A stretch of DNA of 41,873 nt from Minisyncoccota bacterium (GTDB lineage: Bacteria > Patescibacteriota > Minisyncoccia > Phycocordibacterales > UBA6065): assembly GCA_035714745.1 (NCBI GenBank), contig DASTLR010000020.1:1-41873 (forward strand), in the 5' to 3' direction. Below are positions 8,501 through 17,317 of the stretch, piece after piece. The translations under genes were made by a program, and so were the position numbers. The notes beneath the pieces were generated by a model that saw only the letters and a program-made list of their open reading frames with translations, searched no databases and had not been told where the DNA came from. Numbering within the stretch: the first letter of the stretch is position 1; each line of letters starts with the position of its first letter.

Positions 8501-8815
8501 GAAAGGGGAGCGAGTAGTCTTTATGAGCCCGTTAAGCACTTTATGGGCTTCCGTTGCAGCTAAGTATAAGCGGTCGAAGTCGTTTTGTGAAATATATTCG
8601 AGGTCTCTGGCGAGCAATAAATGGTTTTTGACTTCGGTGATAGAGCCGTTTGCGTGAGTGTGGTAATTTGCCTTGTCCTTGTACGAAAGTCTGCCAAAGC
8701 CCTCGGCAATATTCGCACCGATCGAAGCCGCTGACCTCCTGATTTGTGAAGTAATACCAAAAAGTTCCTCTTTAGGGAACTTTTTGGTGACCTTATAGAT
8801 TCCAAATTCTAACTT
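8498..8815 (-). pseudogene. Four-helix-bundle protein (23S rRNA intervening-sequence protein family), 5'-truncated
   Basis: Minus-strand frame reads (KLEFG)IYKVTKKFPKEELFGITSQIRRSAASIGANIAEGFGRLSYKDKANYHTHANGSITEVKNHLLLARDLEYISQNDFDRLYLAATEAHKVLNGLIKTT*. It lacks the family's N-terminal helix. There is no ATG/GTG/TTG near the 5' end, and the frame opens inside the repeat arm. Confidence 0.7.
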
Positions 8816-8818
8816 CTA
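8796..8818. repeat. 23-bp inverted-repeat arm, heptad-motif copy b
   Basis: TAGATTCCAAATTCTAACTTCTA, the reverse complement of 8478..8500. The extended motif runs to 8829, next to the ftsZ stop. Confidence 0.9.
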
Positions 8819-8829
8819 GATTCTTTCCC

Positions 8830-10017
8830 TTACTTCTTCCTGCGGAGGAACGCCGGCACGGCGCCCCAATCGTCGTCGTCATGGTCGATGGTCGGGATGG
8901 CCTTGTCCTCCTTTGGAGGGGTGACGACGTTGTGGATCTGCTTCTTGTCTTCCTCTCTTCCTTTCTTGCTCTCTTCCTTTCTTGCTTCCTCTTTCTTGTC
9001 TTCCTTCGTCTCGGCAGGGCCGCTGAAGAGCGACTTGGCCTTGGTGGCTGGGTGGACCGGGCCGTCGCCGAAGCCGGTGGCGATGACGGTGACCTTGACC
9101 TCGCCCTTCTTGAGCTTCTCGTCGCGGACGGTTCCAAATATGACCTTGGCGTTAGGGTCGATAGACTCGGTGATGACCTTTGCGGCGTCCTGGATCTCGA
9201 ACATGGTCAGGTCGTCCCCGCCGGCGATAGAGAAGAGCACGCCCTTGGCGCCGGCGGTCGAGATGTCGAGGAGCGGCGAGGAGATGGCCATCTTTGCCGC
9301 GTCGGTGGCGCGGTTGTCGCCCTGGGCCATGCCGATGCCCATGAGGGCGGCTCCGGTGTTCTCCATGATCGAGCGGACGTCGGCGAAGTCGATGTTGATG
9401 ATGCCGGGGGTGGTGATGAGGTCGGAGATGCCCTCGACGGCCTGCTTCAATACCTCGTCGCACTGGGCAAAGGCGGCGCGGGCGGTGGTGTTCTTGTCGA
9501 TGGTGGCGAGCAGCCGGTCGTTCGGGATGACGATGATGGCGTCAACCTCCTTGCGCAGGTTCTCCAGGGCGATGTCGGCGACCTTCATGCGCTGGGTGCC
9601 CTCGAAGAAGAACGGCTTGGTGACGACGGCCACGGTCAGGGCGCCGAGCTCCTTGGCGGTCTTTGCCACGACGGGAGCGGCGCCGGATCCGGTGCCTCCG
9701 CCCATGCCGCAGGCCACGAAGACCATGTCCGAGCCCTTGAGAGCCTCCTGGAGCTCTTCTTTCGTTTCCTCCACGGCGCGTCGGCCCAGCTCAGGATTCA
9801 TGCCGGTGCCCAGGCCCTTGGTCAGGTTCTTGCCGATGTGGATCTTCTTTTTCGCCAGGGAGTGGTGGAGGTCCTGCGCATCGGTGTTGACCGCGATGAA
9901 ATCGACTCCCTTTACCTTGGAGTTGATCATGTGGTTGATGGCGTTCTTGCCGGAGCCGCCTACGCCGAGGACTTTGATGCGGGCGAACGTCTCGACTTCC
10001 GGTACGATGTTTGGCAT
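8830..10017 (-). CDS. ftsZ: Cell division protein FtsZ
   Basis: GVGGSGKNAINHM, GGGTGSGAAPVVA tubulin signature, charged C-terminal linker and conserved tail. Start set at MPNIVPEV. Confidence 0.97.
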   Translation of the reverse strand: MPNIVPEVETFARIKVLGVGGSGKNAINHMINSKVKGVDFIAVNTDAQDLHHSLAKKKIHIGKNLTKGLGTGMNPELGRRAVEETKEELQEALKGSDMVFVACGMGGGTGSGAAPVVAKTAKELGALTVAVVTKPFFFEGTQRMKVADIALENLRKEVDAIIVIPNDRLLATIDKNTTARAAFAQCDEVLKQAVEGISDLITTPGIINIDFADVRSIMENTGAALMGIGMAQGDNRATDAAKMAISSPLLDISTAGAKGVLFSIAGGDDLTMFEIQDAAKVITESIDPNAKVIFGTVRDEKLKKGEVKVTVIATGFGDGPVHPATKAKSLFSGPAETKEDKKEEARKEESKKGREEDKKQIHNVVTPPKEDKAIPTIDHDDDDWGAVPAFLRRKK

Positions 10018-10216
10018 GTGGTTTGGTGTTGGCAAATAAGGCTCCTTCGAGCAAATCCATGCAGTGCGCAAAGCCGCTGCCTTGGTTTTGGTGAGGTGCA
10101 CCAATCATAGCAAAGGGGGTCAGGAACGCAATAGAGCCATATTGTGTAACAAAGGAGACGGGAAACCAGGGCAAAAGCCATAAAAAAGCCCCGCTTTGCT
10201 GCGGGGTCGGTCGACG

Positions 10217-10480
10217 TTAAACCTTTTGCCGGGCGTTGAGATTTCCCATCTCTTCGACGATGATGAAAAGCTCGGAGTCGACTTCATATTGGTCATCGTT
10301 GATGACCGGCACGACCAATTGATCCCGATGGTCGTAGCACATCGCGCGGGGTTCGCCGATGGCGATTTCCTGACCAGCCTTGAAGTAGAGACCGGTTCGA
10401 GAGAGCAAGAGGCTGGGGCTGTTGTCGCCGTTGCTCCTCTGGAAAAGCCTGACATCTTTCGAGAGGACGATCGTGTTCAT
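10217..10480 (-). CDS. Hypothetical small protein between ftsA and ftsZ
   Basis: ATG 10480 is preceded by GGAGGAA at a 7-nt spacing. 87 aa, no family recognised. Confidence 0.5.
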   Translation of the reverse strand: MNTIVLSKDVRLFQRSNGDNSPSLLLSRTGLYFKAGQEIAIGEPRAMCYDHRDQLVVPVINDDQYEVDSELFIIVEEMGNLNARQKV

Positions 10481-10669
10481 GAGTGGTTCCTCCGACGATA
10501 CTATCCGTTGACGGTTTTTTGTCAATTTTCCCAGCTAGGGAAGTTTTCTTATCTCAATTCGGACGAGATGGAGACTTGTTTTAAAAATTAAGACGGGCGT
10601 CTTACTATATGAGACTATTGTCAGTCTTAAAAAATAAGACAAAAACAGAATCCTGGTTTTGGCCGCATC

Positions 10670-11851
10670 TTACGGCATGAACTGCTTGAACCAGCCGAAG
10701 AAAGCCTTGGCCATATGAGAACCGCCGCCGTGGCCGAACGAGCCGGTCTCGAGAGTGTCTTCGTTGCCGACGCCCAGGATGGTCAGGCCGTAGGCCACGG
10801 ACCAGGACGAGTCGCGGATGCCCTCCTTGCCGTTGACGCTCATATTGGCGATGCGCGAGGGGAGCTTGAGGGCTGCCTTGGCCAGGTCCTCGATGGTGGC
10901 GATGCCCGAGCCGCCGCCGGTGATGATGATGCCCGCGGGCAGGAGGCCGCTCCTGTCGATCTTCTTGAGGTGGGCCTCGATCAGGTCGAAGATGTCCCAG
11001 AGCCGGGCGGCCACGATCTCGTCGAGCTTCTTCTTTGACACCTGCGAGTTCGACAGCGAGCCGCGCTTGAGGCTCTCGGCGTCCTCGATCGGCAGCTTGA
11101 GCCCCAGGGCGATGTCGTTGGTGATGTCGGTCGAGCCGATGGGGAAGACCTCCAGGGATATCGGCAGGTTGTTCTCGTAGACGACGATGGAGACGGTCTC
11201 GGCGCCGATGTTGGCCAGCAGGCAGCCGGCGACCTTCTGGTTCTTCGTCAGGGTGACGAGCGAGCCTGCGATCGGCGAGGCCACGACGTCCAGGACCTCG
11301 ATGCCCGCGTCGGTGATGGAGTCGACCAGGTCGTCCAGGTGCTGGGACAGGCAGGTGACGAAGAGGACCCTGGCCTCGAGCTTGTTGCCCTTCATGCCGA
11401 GCGGCCTGCCGAAGACGGGCTTGCCGTCGATCTTGTACGAGAGCGGCACCGTGTGGATGATCTTGCGGTTGACCGTCTGGGAAGCGGGGATGTTGCGCTC
11501 GGCCGCCGAAGTGGCCTTGTCGACGTCCAGGGCCGAGACCTCGTCGTCAGCGCGCGAGATGACCGCCGAGCCGACGGCAGTGACGCTCTGCAGGCTGATG
11601 CCGCCGATCGAGATGAAGGCTTTCTTGACCTTTATCCCCGATGCCTTTTCCGCTTGAGCGACCGCCTGCGAGACCGAGCGGGTGACGTCGCGCGAATTGA
11701 CGATGTAGCCGTGGCGGAGGCCCTTCGACTCGGCGAAGCCTGTGCCGAGGATGCGCGGCATGACGCGTTCGCTCTCGGGATCCGATTCGGATACCACGAC
11801 CTTGACCTGATAGGTGCCTATGTCTATGCCGACGGCGATGTGTTTGCGCAT
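10670..11851 (-). CDS. ftsA: Cell division protein FtsA
   Basis: Actin-like ATPase with IAVGIDIGTYQVKVVV phosphate-1 motif and IIITGGGSGI. Located upstream of ftsZ. Confidence 0.9.
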   Translation of the reverse strand: MRKHIAVGIDIGTYQVKVVVSESDPESERVMPRILGTGFAESKGLRHGYIVNSRDVTRSVSQAVAQAEKASGIKVKKAFISIGGISLQSVTAVGSAVISRADDEVSALDVDKATSAAERNIPASQTVNRKIIHTVPLSYKIDGKPVFGRPLGMKGNKLEARVLFVTCLSQHLDDLVDSITDAGIEVLDVVASPIAGSLVTLTKNQKVAGCLLANIGAETVSIVVYENNLPISLEVFPIGSTDITNDIALGLKLPIEDAESLKRGSLSNSQVSKKKLDEIVAARLWDIFDLIEAHLKKIDRSGLLPAGIIITGGGSGIATIEDLAKAALKLPSRIANMSVNGKEGIRDSSWSVAYGLTILGVGNEDTLETGSFGHGGGSHMAKAFFGWFKQFMP

Positions 11852-11881
11852 GCGTGAAAAGAGGAGCGCCGCGCCGAGCCG

Positions 11882-12262
11882 TTAGATGCCGAATTCCTTG
11901 CGCAGCTTCGCTTCCGTTCTCTCCATTGTAACCCCATGGTCCATTCCTTTCAAATGGACAAGCGCGTGGATATAGAGAAAGGCGATCATGTTCGAGGGCG
12001 TCCTGCCGAACTCGTGCGCCTGGCGCCGGGCTTCCAAGGGATTGATGAAGACCTCGCCCGCATCGGGGCCGAGCTCGAAGGAGAGGACGTTGGGGACGTA
12101 GTCTTTGCCGCGGTGCCTGATGTTGAGCTCGCGGGATTCCTCATCGCCGACGAAGGCCAGCGACAGCTCGTAGTCAGGGCCGAGGGCCGCGTCTTTTATA
12201 GCGGCAAAAGCCACGCGCGGGAGCGTGGCTTTCGTTTTGTTGAGTATGGAGATATTCTTCAT
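11882..12262 (-). CDS. ybeY: rRNA maturation RNase YbeY
   Basis: HALVHLKGMDH zinc-binding motif, about 126 aa. Confidence 0.85.
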   Translation of the reverse strand: MKNISILNKTKATLPRVAFAAIKDAALGPDYELSLAFVGDEESRELNIRHRGKDYVPNVLSFELGPDAGEVFINPLEARRQAHEFGRTPSNMIAFLYIHALVHLKGMDHGVTMERTEAKLRKEFGI

Positions 12263-12279
12263 TCCTCGCTCTCCCGTCC

Positions 12280-12534
12280 TTAGCGCCTGCCGCGTCCTCG
12301 CGGGAGGTCAGGATTGATCTTGCCCTGCTTGATGAGCTCGGCCCGCTCCTCGCGGCGCTTGATGCCCTCCAGGGTCTTCATCTTGCGCTTGTAATCGGAA
12401 AGGGTGCGCTCGTGATAGCGGATGCCGCGCACGCGAGGGAGGATGCCCGCGCCCTGGACGCGCTTGGTGAAGCGCCTCAAGAGGCCTAATGGGTTCTCGG
12501 TGCCGTTTCGCGTTACTTCTACGTTCGTTGTCAT
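12280..12534 (-). CDS. rpsU: 30S ribosomal protein S21
   Basis: VEVTRNGTENPLGLLRRFTKRVQGAGIL..R...YHER pattern and basic C-terminus. Start set at MTTNVEV. Confidence 0.7.
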   Translation of the reverse strand: MTTNVEVTRNGTENPLGLLRRFTKRVQGAGILPRVRGIRYHERTLSDYKRKMKTLEGIKRREERAELIKQGKINPDLPRGRGRR

Positions 12535-12672
12535 GTGTGCCATGTAGACAAGCATCCTAGCACAGGGCTGGAAAAAGCTCAAGGCGAAGCCCTCCCCGGC
12601 CTCTTCCCAGGGGAGGACGGAGGGGACTAGGCAATGAACGCTATGCGGCTATGCTAAGCCGCGTGGCCACTA

Positions 12673-12701
12673 TTGACTAATACTTAATATAGGTGTATAA
12701 T
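12673..12701 (+). promoter_or_regulatory. Consensus sigma70 promoter
   Basis: TTGACT (12673-12678), 17-nt spacer, TATAAT (12696-12701), in an AT-rich intergenic region upstream of CDS 12786. Confidence 0.6.
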
Positions 12702-12785
12702 ATTAAACAGAATCTCGAAACAGCGCGCATGCGTCAGTCGACGCGTGGTGCGGCCTCACTGGCCGGTTTCGGGCTCTTTTCTGCC

Positions 12786-13289
12786 ATGAAAAAGCACCTC
12801 GTCAGCGTCCTCCTCGCGGCCTTCGTCGCCGCTTTTGTCAGCGTTCCCAGCGCCAATGCCCAGACCGCGGAACATGTCCCGCTCGTGCAGTTCGAAGTCC
12901 AGGGAAAGAAAGCCAGCATCACCGACTTCGAGCTCGCCGTTCCGGCCGCCTCGGACAAGATCCTCGAGGAGCTGGAGAAGCGCAATCTCGGCGGGGCCGA
13001 CTTCACCCTCATGAAGGTCACCTGGAGCCAATGGGTCCTTATGGAGCAGCGGGGCTTCAAGCTCGCGAGCCTCTATGAGGGCGACGTTCGCCGCGAGTGG
13101 CTGACTCTCAAATTCGGCAGCATCGGGGCCATCCTCACCGACAACGACGGGCGTCCCTGCTTCGTCGCGAAGGTGAAGAACGGCGGTCTCGAGTATATCG
13201 GTCTCGACCCGTCGGTGGTCGCGGAAGCCGCGAAGGTCTTCTGGGTCATGGTCGACAATCGCAAGACCATGATGGGCCGGGATTCCTGA
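12786..13289 (+). CDS. Secreted hypothetical protein
   Basis: MKKHLVSVLLAAFVAAFVSVPSANA signal peptide. No family recognised. Confidence 0.55.
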   Translation: MKKHLVSVLLAAFVAAFVSVPSANAQTAEHVPLVQFEVQGKKASITDFELAVPAASDKILEELEKRNLGGADFTLMKVTWSQWVLMEQRGFKLASLYEGDVRREWLTLKFGSIGAILTDNDGRPCFVAKVKNGGLEYIGLDPSVVAEAAKVFWVMVDNRKTMMGRDS

Positions 13290-13394
13290 CGGCGCCGTCG
13301 AACCAACATCAAAGCCAGTCCTCACGGACCGGCTTTTTCTTTTCCCTTTGGTGATCCCGTGCTCCCTGTGATCTTCGTGTTCTTCCGTGCCTTC

Positions 13395-14666
13395 TTATAC
13401 CTTATACTTCTTCAACCTCGCCGCTACCTCTGCCAGGGGAACGCTGTCCTGGGCGCGGGTGGCGGTCTCGCGGACGATCACGGAGTCCTCCATGGCCTCT
13501 TTCTTGCCCATGATGACGACGATCGGCGCCTGGGTCTTTTCGGCCAGCCCTACCTGTCCGGCCATCTTGTCTTTGGCCAGGGACTGGGCGACGGGGATGC
13601 GGGCCTGGCGGAGGGTCTCGATGAGGCACAGGCTCTTCTGCTTGGCCTCGCTGCCCAGCTGCATGAAGCAGACCTGGGGGTTCAATATCTTTGCGATGGC
13701 CGACTGCTTGAGGAGCGGGCTCTTTGCGGGCTTGCCTCCGGCGGCCCTTGGCAGGGCGATGGAGACGCCGACGGCCGGCAGGTCTTTCTTTGCCCCTAGT
13801 CGGCGAGCCAGGGTGTCGTAGCGGATGCCGATGGCCAGCGGGTGGGCTTTCGGGTCGTCGCGGCGGATCTCGAAGACGGTCTCGCTGCAGTAGTCTCGGT
13901 TCGCCACCAGGGCGTTGTTGATGACGTACGGGATCTCGAGGATCTCCAGGTATTCCAGGACCTCTTTGAAATGCTGGCGCGAGCGTTCGGAGAGGAAGTT
14001 GATCGATTTCGGGCAGTCGCGTGCCAGCCTGACACATGCCTCGTGGTCGCAGCCCAGGAGGCTGAAGACGTCCTTCTTGAGCGTCTCGCGGCATTTCAGG
14101 GGCAGGGAGGCGACGTTCTTGCGATAGAAAGCCGTGATCTCGCGGGTAAAGCGGGCCAGCGATTCCTTGTCGCCGATAGAATTGATCTCGACGTGGAGGC
14201 CGGTCTCGCCGGCGTCGCGGAGAATGGCGAGCGAGGCCTGGATGAGCATGGCCTCGGCGATCGATTTGTTGGTGCCGACGATCTCCAGGCCGTGGTGAGA
14301 TTCCTTTGGGTTCGGCTTGCGCCTGTCGCCGACGAAGGGCTTCCTGAAATAGAACATCACCGGCTGCGAGAGGGTCCACATGCGCTCCTTCTCGTAGAGC
14401 CTGAGAAGGGCGATCTTCTCCTCGAGGCGCAGGGTGGCGCCCTCCTGGTGGTCGTCATGGTCGACGACGATCTCGCCTTCGGAGATCTTCTTCGCCTCGG
14501 CGCTGTCCTCGGGATGGATATGGGGCAGGGCCAGCGGGGTGAAGCCGTAGTACAGGGCCGCTTCGCCGACGGAATCGAGGCCCTCGTACGAGACGTAGCG
14601 GGGATGCTCTATCTTTCGCGCGACCGCTTTCTTTGCTGGCGCTTGTACTGGTGCTGCTAGTGGCAT
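13395..14666 (-). CDS. hisS: Histidine--tRNA ligase-like class II aaRS (divergent)
   Basis: HisRS-like layout. LRLEEKIALLRLY resembles the lRpE.T motif, IGIRYDTLARRLG resembles GGRYD.L, and the C-terminal anticodon-binding domain has IVVIMGKKEAMEDSVIVRE. Motif 2 is degenerate. Confidence 0.55.
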   Translation of the reverse strand: MPLAAPVQAPAKKAVARKIEHPRYVSYEGLDSVGEAALYYGFTPLALPHIHPEDSAEAKKISEGEIVVDHDDHQEGATLRLEEKIALLRLYEKERMWTLSQPVMFYFRKPFVGDRRKPNPKESHHGLEIVGTNKSIAEAMLIQASLAILRDAGETGLHVEINSIGDKESLARFTREITAFYRKNVASLPLKCRETLKKDVFSLLGCDHEACVRLARDCPKSINFLSERSRQHFKEVLEYLEILEIPYVINNALVANRDYCSETVFEIRRDDPKAHPLAIGIRYDTLARRLGAKKDLPAVGVSIALPRAAGGKPAKSPLLKQSAIAKILNPQVCFMQLGSEAKQKSLCLIETLRQARIPVAQSLAKDKMAGQVGLAEKTQAPIVVIMGKKEAMEDSVIVRETATRAQDSVPLAEVAARLKKYKV

Positions 14667-14684
14667 AGGAGTTCTATTGATCTC

Positions 14685-15284
14685 TTATCTTTTTAAAATC
14701 GTGCTGCTGGCGACCTCTCCCGGCAGATATCCCATCCTGCCCAGGGGCAGGAGCCGGACGATCGGCCGGCCGATGATATCGCTCTTTGGCAGGACGCCCC
14801 AGACGCGCGAGTCGGACGAGACCATGCGATTGTCTCCCATGACGAAGTATTCGTCGGGCCCGAGCGTCGTGGCCAGGTTGCCGAAGGTGCGCGAATGGAT
14901 GTACGGCTCCTGCAGCCTGACGCCCTCGGGATGCTCCTTGTTGGCGATGGTGACCGAGTCGCTCTTTACCGTCACGGTGTCGCCGGGCAGGCCGATCAGG
15001 CGCTTGATGAAGAATTTGGATGTGTCCAGAGGGTAGCGGAATATGACCACGTCGCCGCGCTGGGGCTCGTTGAACTTGTAGGTCAGCTCGTCGACGACCA
15101 GATATTCGCTGTCCAGGAAGGTCGTGTCCATGGACGAGCCGCGGACGATGAAAGGCTGGGCCACCCACATGCGGATAGGGATGACGATCGCGGCCGCCAC
15201 GGCGGCGTAGACGAAGAACTCCCTCCAGAACGACGATCCTTTCGGCTGCTGTGCGACAGGTCGGGTCTCGTTCTCGGTGTCCAT
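14685..15284 (-). CDS. lepB: Signal peptidase I
   Basis: N-terminal TM helix, GSSMDTTF catalytic Ser box, IKRLIGLPGD, GDNRMVSSDSRVWG. Confidence 0.88.
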   Translation of the reverse strand: MDTENETRPVAQQPKGSSFWREFFVYAAVAAAIVIPIRMWVAQPFIVRGSSMDTTFLDSEYLVVDELTYKFNEPQRGDVVIFRYPLDTSKFFIKRLIGLPGDTVTVKSDSVTIANKEHPEGVRLQEPYIHSRTFGNLATTLGPDEYFVMGDNRMVSSDSRVWGVLPKSDIIGRPIVRLLPLGRMGYLPGEVASSTILKR

Positions 15285-15416
15285 GAAAAGGGCTGGGTGA
15301 AGCGATTAAAGTTGTAAGAAGTATAGTCCTGCTCATACCATTGACGCAATAGGTTACAGCATGTCGTAGCAAAAACGACGCCGCTCTCCGAAGGGCGGCT
15401 TCGTTTTTATCACCGC

Positions 15417-16079
15417 ATGCCGTATACTGGTACGGCTATGATAATCGTAGGACTCGGCAATCCCGGATCAGAATACGAAGGCACGCGGCATAACGCGGGC
15501 AGGGAGGCGGTGATGAAGTTCGCTTCGAAGATGAAGTTCGAAGATTTCGAAGCGGATACGAAGAACAAGGCTCTCGTCGCCGCGGGCAAGATAGGCAAGG
15601 CCGCTGTGACGCTGGTCCTGCCCGAGACCTTCATGAACAAGTCTGGCGACGCAGTCGGCAAGTTCGTCAAAGGCAAGGAAGGAGCGAAAAAGGTAAAGAA
15701 CTCTGAGGGCAAGGCCGTCAAAGCCGTGCCGACGCTCGTCGTCGTCCACGACGACCTGGACATCCCGCTCGGCAGGGCCAAGATGTCCTGGGACAAGAGC
15801 GCCGGCGGCCACAAGGGCGTCGCCTCGGTCATCAAGGCGGTCGGCACCCAGGCCTTCTTTCGCATCAGGATCGGCGTCACGCCGGCCTCTGCCTCGGGCA
15901 AGATGAAGAAGCTGGACCACGAGACCATCGTCGAAAATTTCATCGTGGCGGAATTCAAGGACAAGGAGAGCGACATACTGAAGGGCGTCATCAAGAAGGT
16001 CGTCGACTGCCTGGAGCTGGCGGCGGCAGATTCTCCGGAGCGCGCCATGAGCGAGTACAACGCAGAGTTCAATAAGTAG
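15417..16079 (+). CDS. pth: Peptidyl-tRNA hydrolase
   Basis: IVGLGNPGSEYEGTRHNAG motif. The true start may be ATG 15438, which is preceded by TATACT at 15423-15428. Confidence 0.9.
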   Translation: MPYTGTAMIIVGLGNPGSEYEGTRHNAGREAVMKFASKMKFEDFEADTKNKALVAAGKIGKAAVTLVLPETFMNKSGDAVGKFVKGKEGAKKVKNSEGKAVKAVPTLVVVHDDLDIPLGRAKMSWDKSAGGHKGVASVIKAVGTQAFFRIRIGVTPASASGKMKKLDHETIVENFIVAEFKDKESDILKGVIKKVVDCLELAAADSPERAMSEYNAEFNK

Positions 16080-16113
16080 CCCGGCGGATGGGGCATCCCT
16101 CTCTCATATTGCG

Positions 16114-16139
16114 AAAAGAACCGCCGAGGCGGTTCTTTT
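16114..16139. terminator. Bidirectional terminator between pth and rpsA
   Basis: AAAAGAACCGCC-GAG-GCGGTTCTTTT. Confidence 0.7.
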
Positions 16140-16140
16140 C

Positions 16141-16165
16141 TAGATTCCAGATTCTACTTCTTCTC
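16141..16165. repeat. Degenerate heptad-motif copy c
   Basis: TAGATTCCAGATTCTACTTCTTCTC matches the 8796..8818 motif at about 20 of 23 positions and overlaps the rpsA stop codon. Confidence 0.5.
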
Positions 16166-17317
16166 TCCCGCGAAGGCCAGGGTCATCTTCTGGTTGGCGG
16201 CGTCGAAGAGGGTGATCTTGAACGGATAGACCTTGCCCAGCTCCAGGTTCTGGCGGAGCTTCTCGTCCGAGCCGAACTCCGAGACGTGGACCAGGCCGGC
16301 GATGCCTTCCTCGATCGAGGCCAGGGCGCCGTGGCGGTTGAACTTGATGACCACGCCCTTGACCTGCATGTCCTTCTTGTACTTCTTGCCTGCCTCGGAC
16401 CATGGGTTCGGCTTGAGGGCCTTGATGGAGAGCGAGACCTTGCCGTCCTTGACCTCGATGACGCGGACGCGGACCTTGTCGCCGACCTTGAAGCGGGTCT
16501 TTGGGTCCTCTACGAGCGCCCAGTCGATCTCCGAGATATGGACGAGGCCCTCTAATCCTTCGTCGATCTTGACGAAGACGCCGAAGTCGACCATGCCGGT
16601 GACCTTGCCGTCGACGTCGTCGCCGACCTTGAACTTGGCCACCGCCGCGGTCTTATCCTTGCTCTCGACCGAGTTCTTCTCGGAGAAGATCAGCTTGCCC
16701 TCCTTGGGGAAGGCGCCGATGATGGAGACGGCCAGCTTCTGGCCGACGAGCTTCTTGAGCTCGACCAGGATCGAATCCTTGTCGCCGTCCTGTACGCGCG
16801 GATAGTGCTCGGGCTTGAGCTGGGAGGCAGGGAGGAAGCCCTGGATGCCTTGCCACTCGATGATCAGGCCGCCCTTGTTGGCCTCCTTGATAGGGAGCTC
16901 CAGGACGCGCTTCTCGACGATGGCCTGCTCGGCCTCGGTCCAGATCAGGGCCTGTCGGGCCTCCTTGAGGGAGAGCTCGACGTAGCCTTCCTTGTTCGAG
17001 GCGTCGACGACCTTGGCCGAGACCTTGTCGCCGATGTTGACCTTCTTGATGACGTCGCGGGCCAGGATGTATTCGCGGCCGTAGATGATGCCGGTGCCGA
17101 ACGGCGGCAGGTCGACGAAGACGCCCTTCTTGTCGATGGCGATGACGGCGCCCTCTACCAGGTCGCCGACGGCCGGCGGCACAGGGGACTGGGCGAGCAT
17201 CTTGCCCATAGGGGTCTCCGACCTCTTCTTTGACTCCGCCTCGGCGGCGAGCATCGCCTCGGTCTTCTTCTTGGCGACCTTCTCTTTCTTAGCTTTTACT
17301 TCTTTTTCGATTGTCAT
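16154..17317 (-). CDS. rpsA: 30S ribosomal protein S1 (four S1 domains)
   Basis: Repeated S1 OB-fold units (GDLVEGAVIAI.., GDKVSAKVV.., GDDVDGKVTGMVDFGVFV.., VKGVVIKFNRHGALASI). Confidence 0.85.
   Translation of the reverse strand: MTIEKEVKAKKEKVAKKKTEAMLAAEAESKKRSETPMGKMLAQSPVPPAVGDLVEGAVIAIDKKGVFVDLPPFGTGIIYGREYILARDVIKKVNIGDKVSAKVVDASNKEGYVELSLKEARQALIWTEAEQAIVEKRVLELPIKEANKGGLIIEWQGIQGFLPASQLKPEHYPRVQDGDKDSILVELKKLVGQKLAVSIIGAFPKEGKLIFSEKNSVESKDKTAAVAKFKVGDDVDGKVTGMVDFGVFVKIDEGLEGLVHISEIDWALVEDPKTRFKVGDKVRVRVIEVKDGKVSLSIKALKPNPWSEAGKKYKKDMQVKGVVIKFNRHGALASIEEGIAGLVHVSEFGSDEKLRQNLELGKVYPFKITLFDAANQKMTLAFAGEKK

Noticed and set aside
8471-8505. Heptad motif interpreted as a CRISPR repeat, a CIRCE/HrcA operator, or a eukaryote-like heat-shock element (nGAAn units).
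   Set aside because: The copies are dispersed with no repeat-spacer array. There is no match to the CIRCE consensus TTAGCACTC-N9-GAGTGCTAA. The GAA units are spaced by 7 nt rather than 5. It is kept only as an unexplained motif.
8881-10110. Two long plus-strand ORFs (409 aa and 383 aa) opposite ftsZ.
   Set aside because: Antisense shadows of ftsZ. Low-complexity composition and no recognisable domains.
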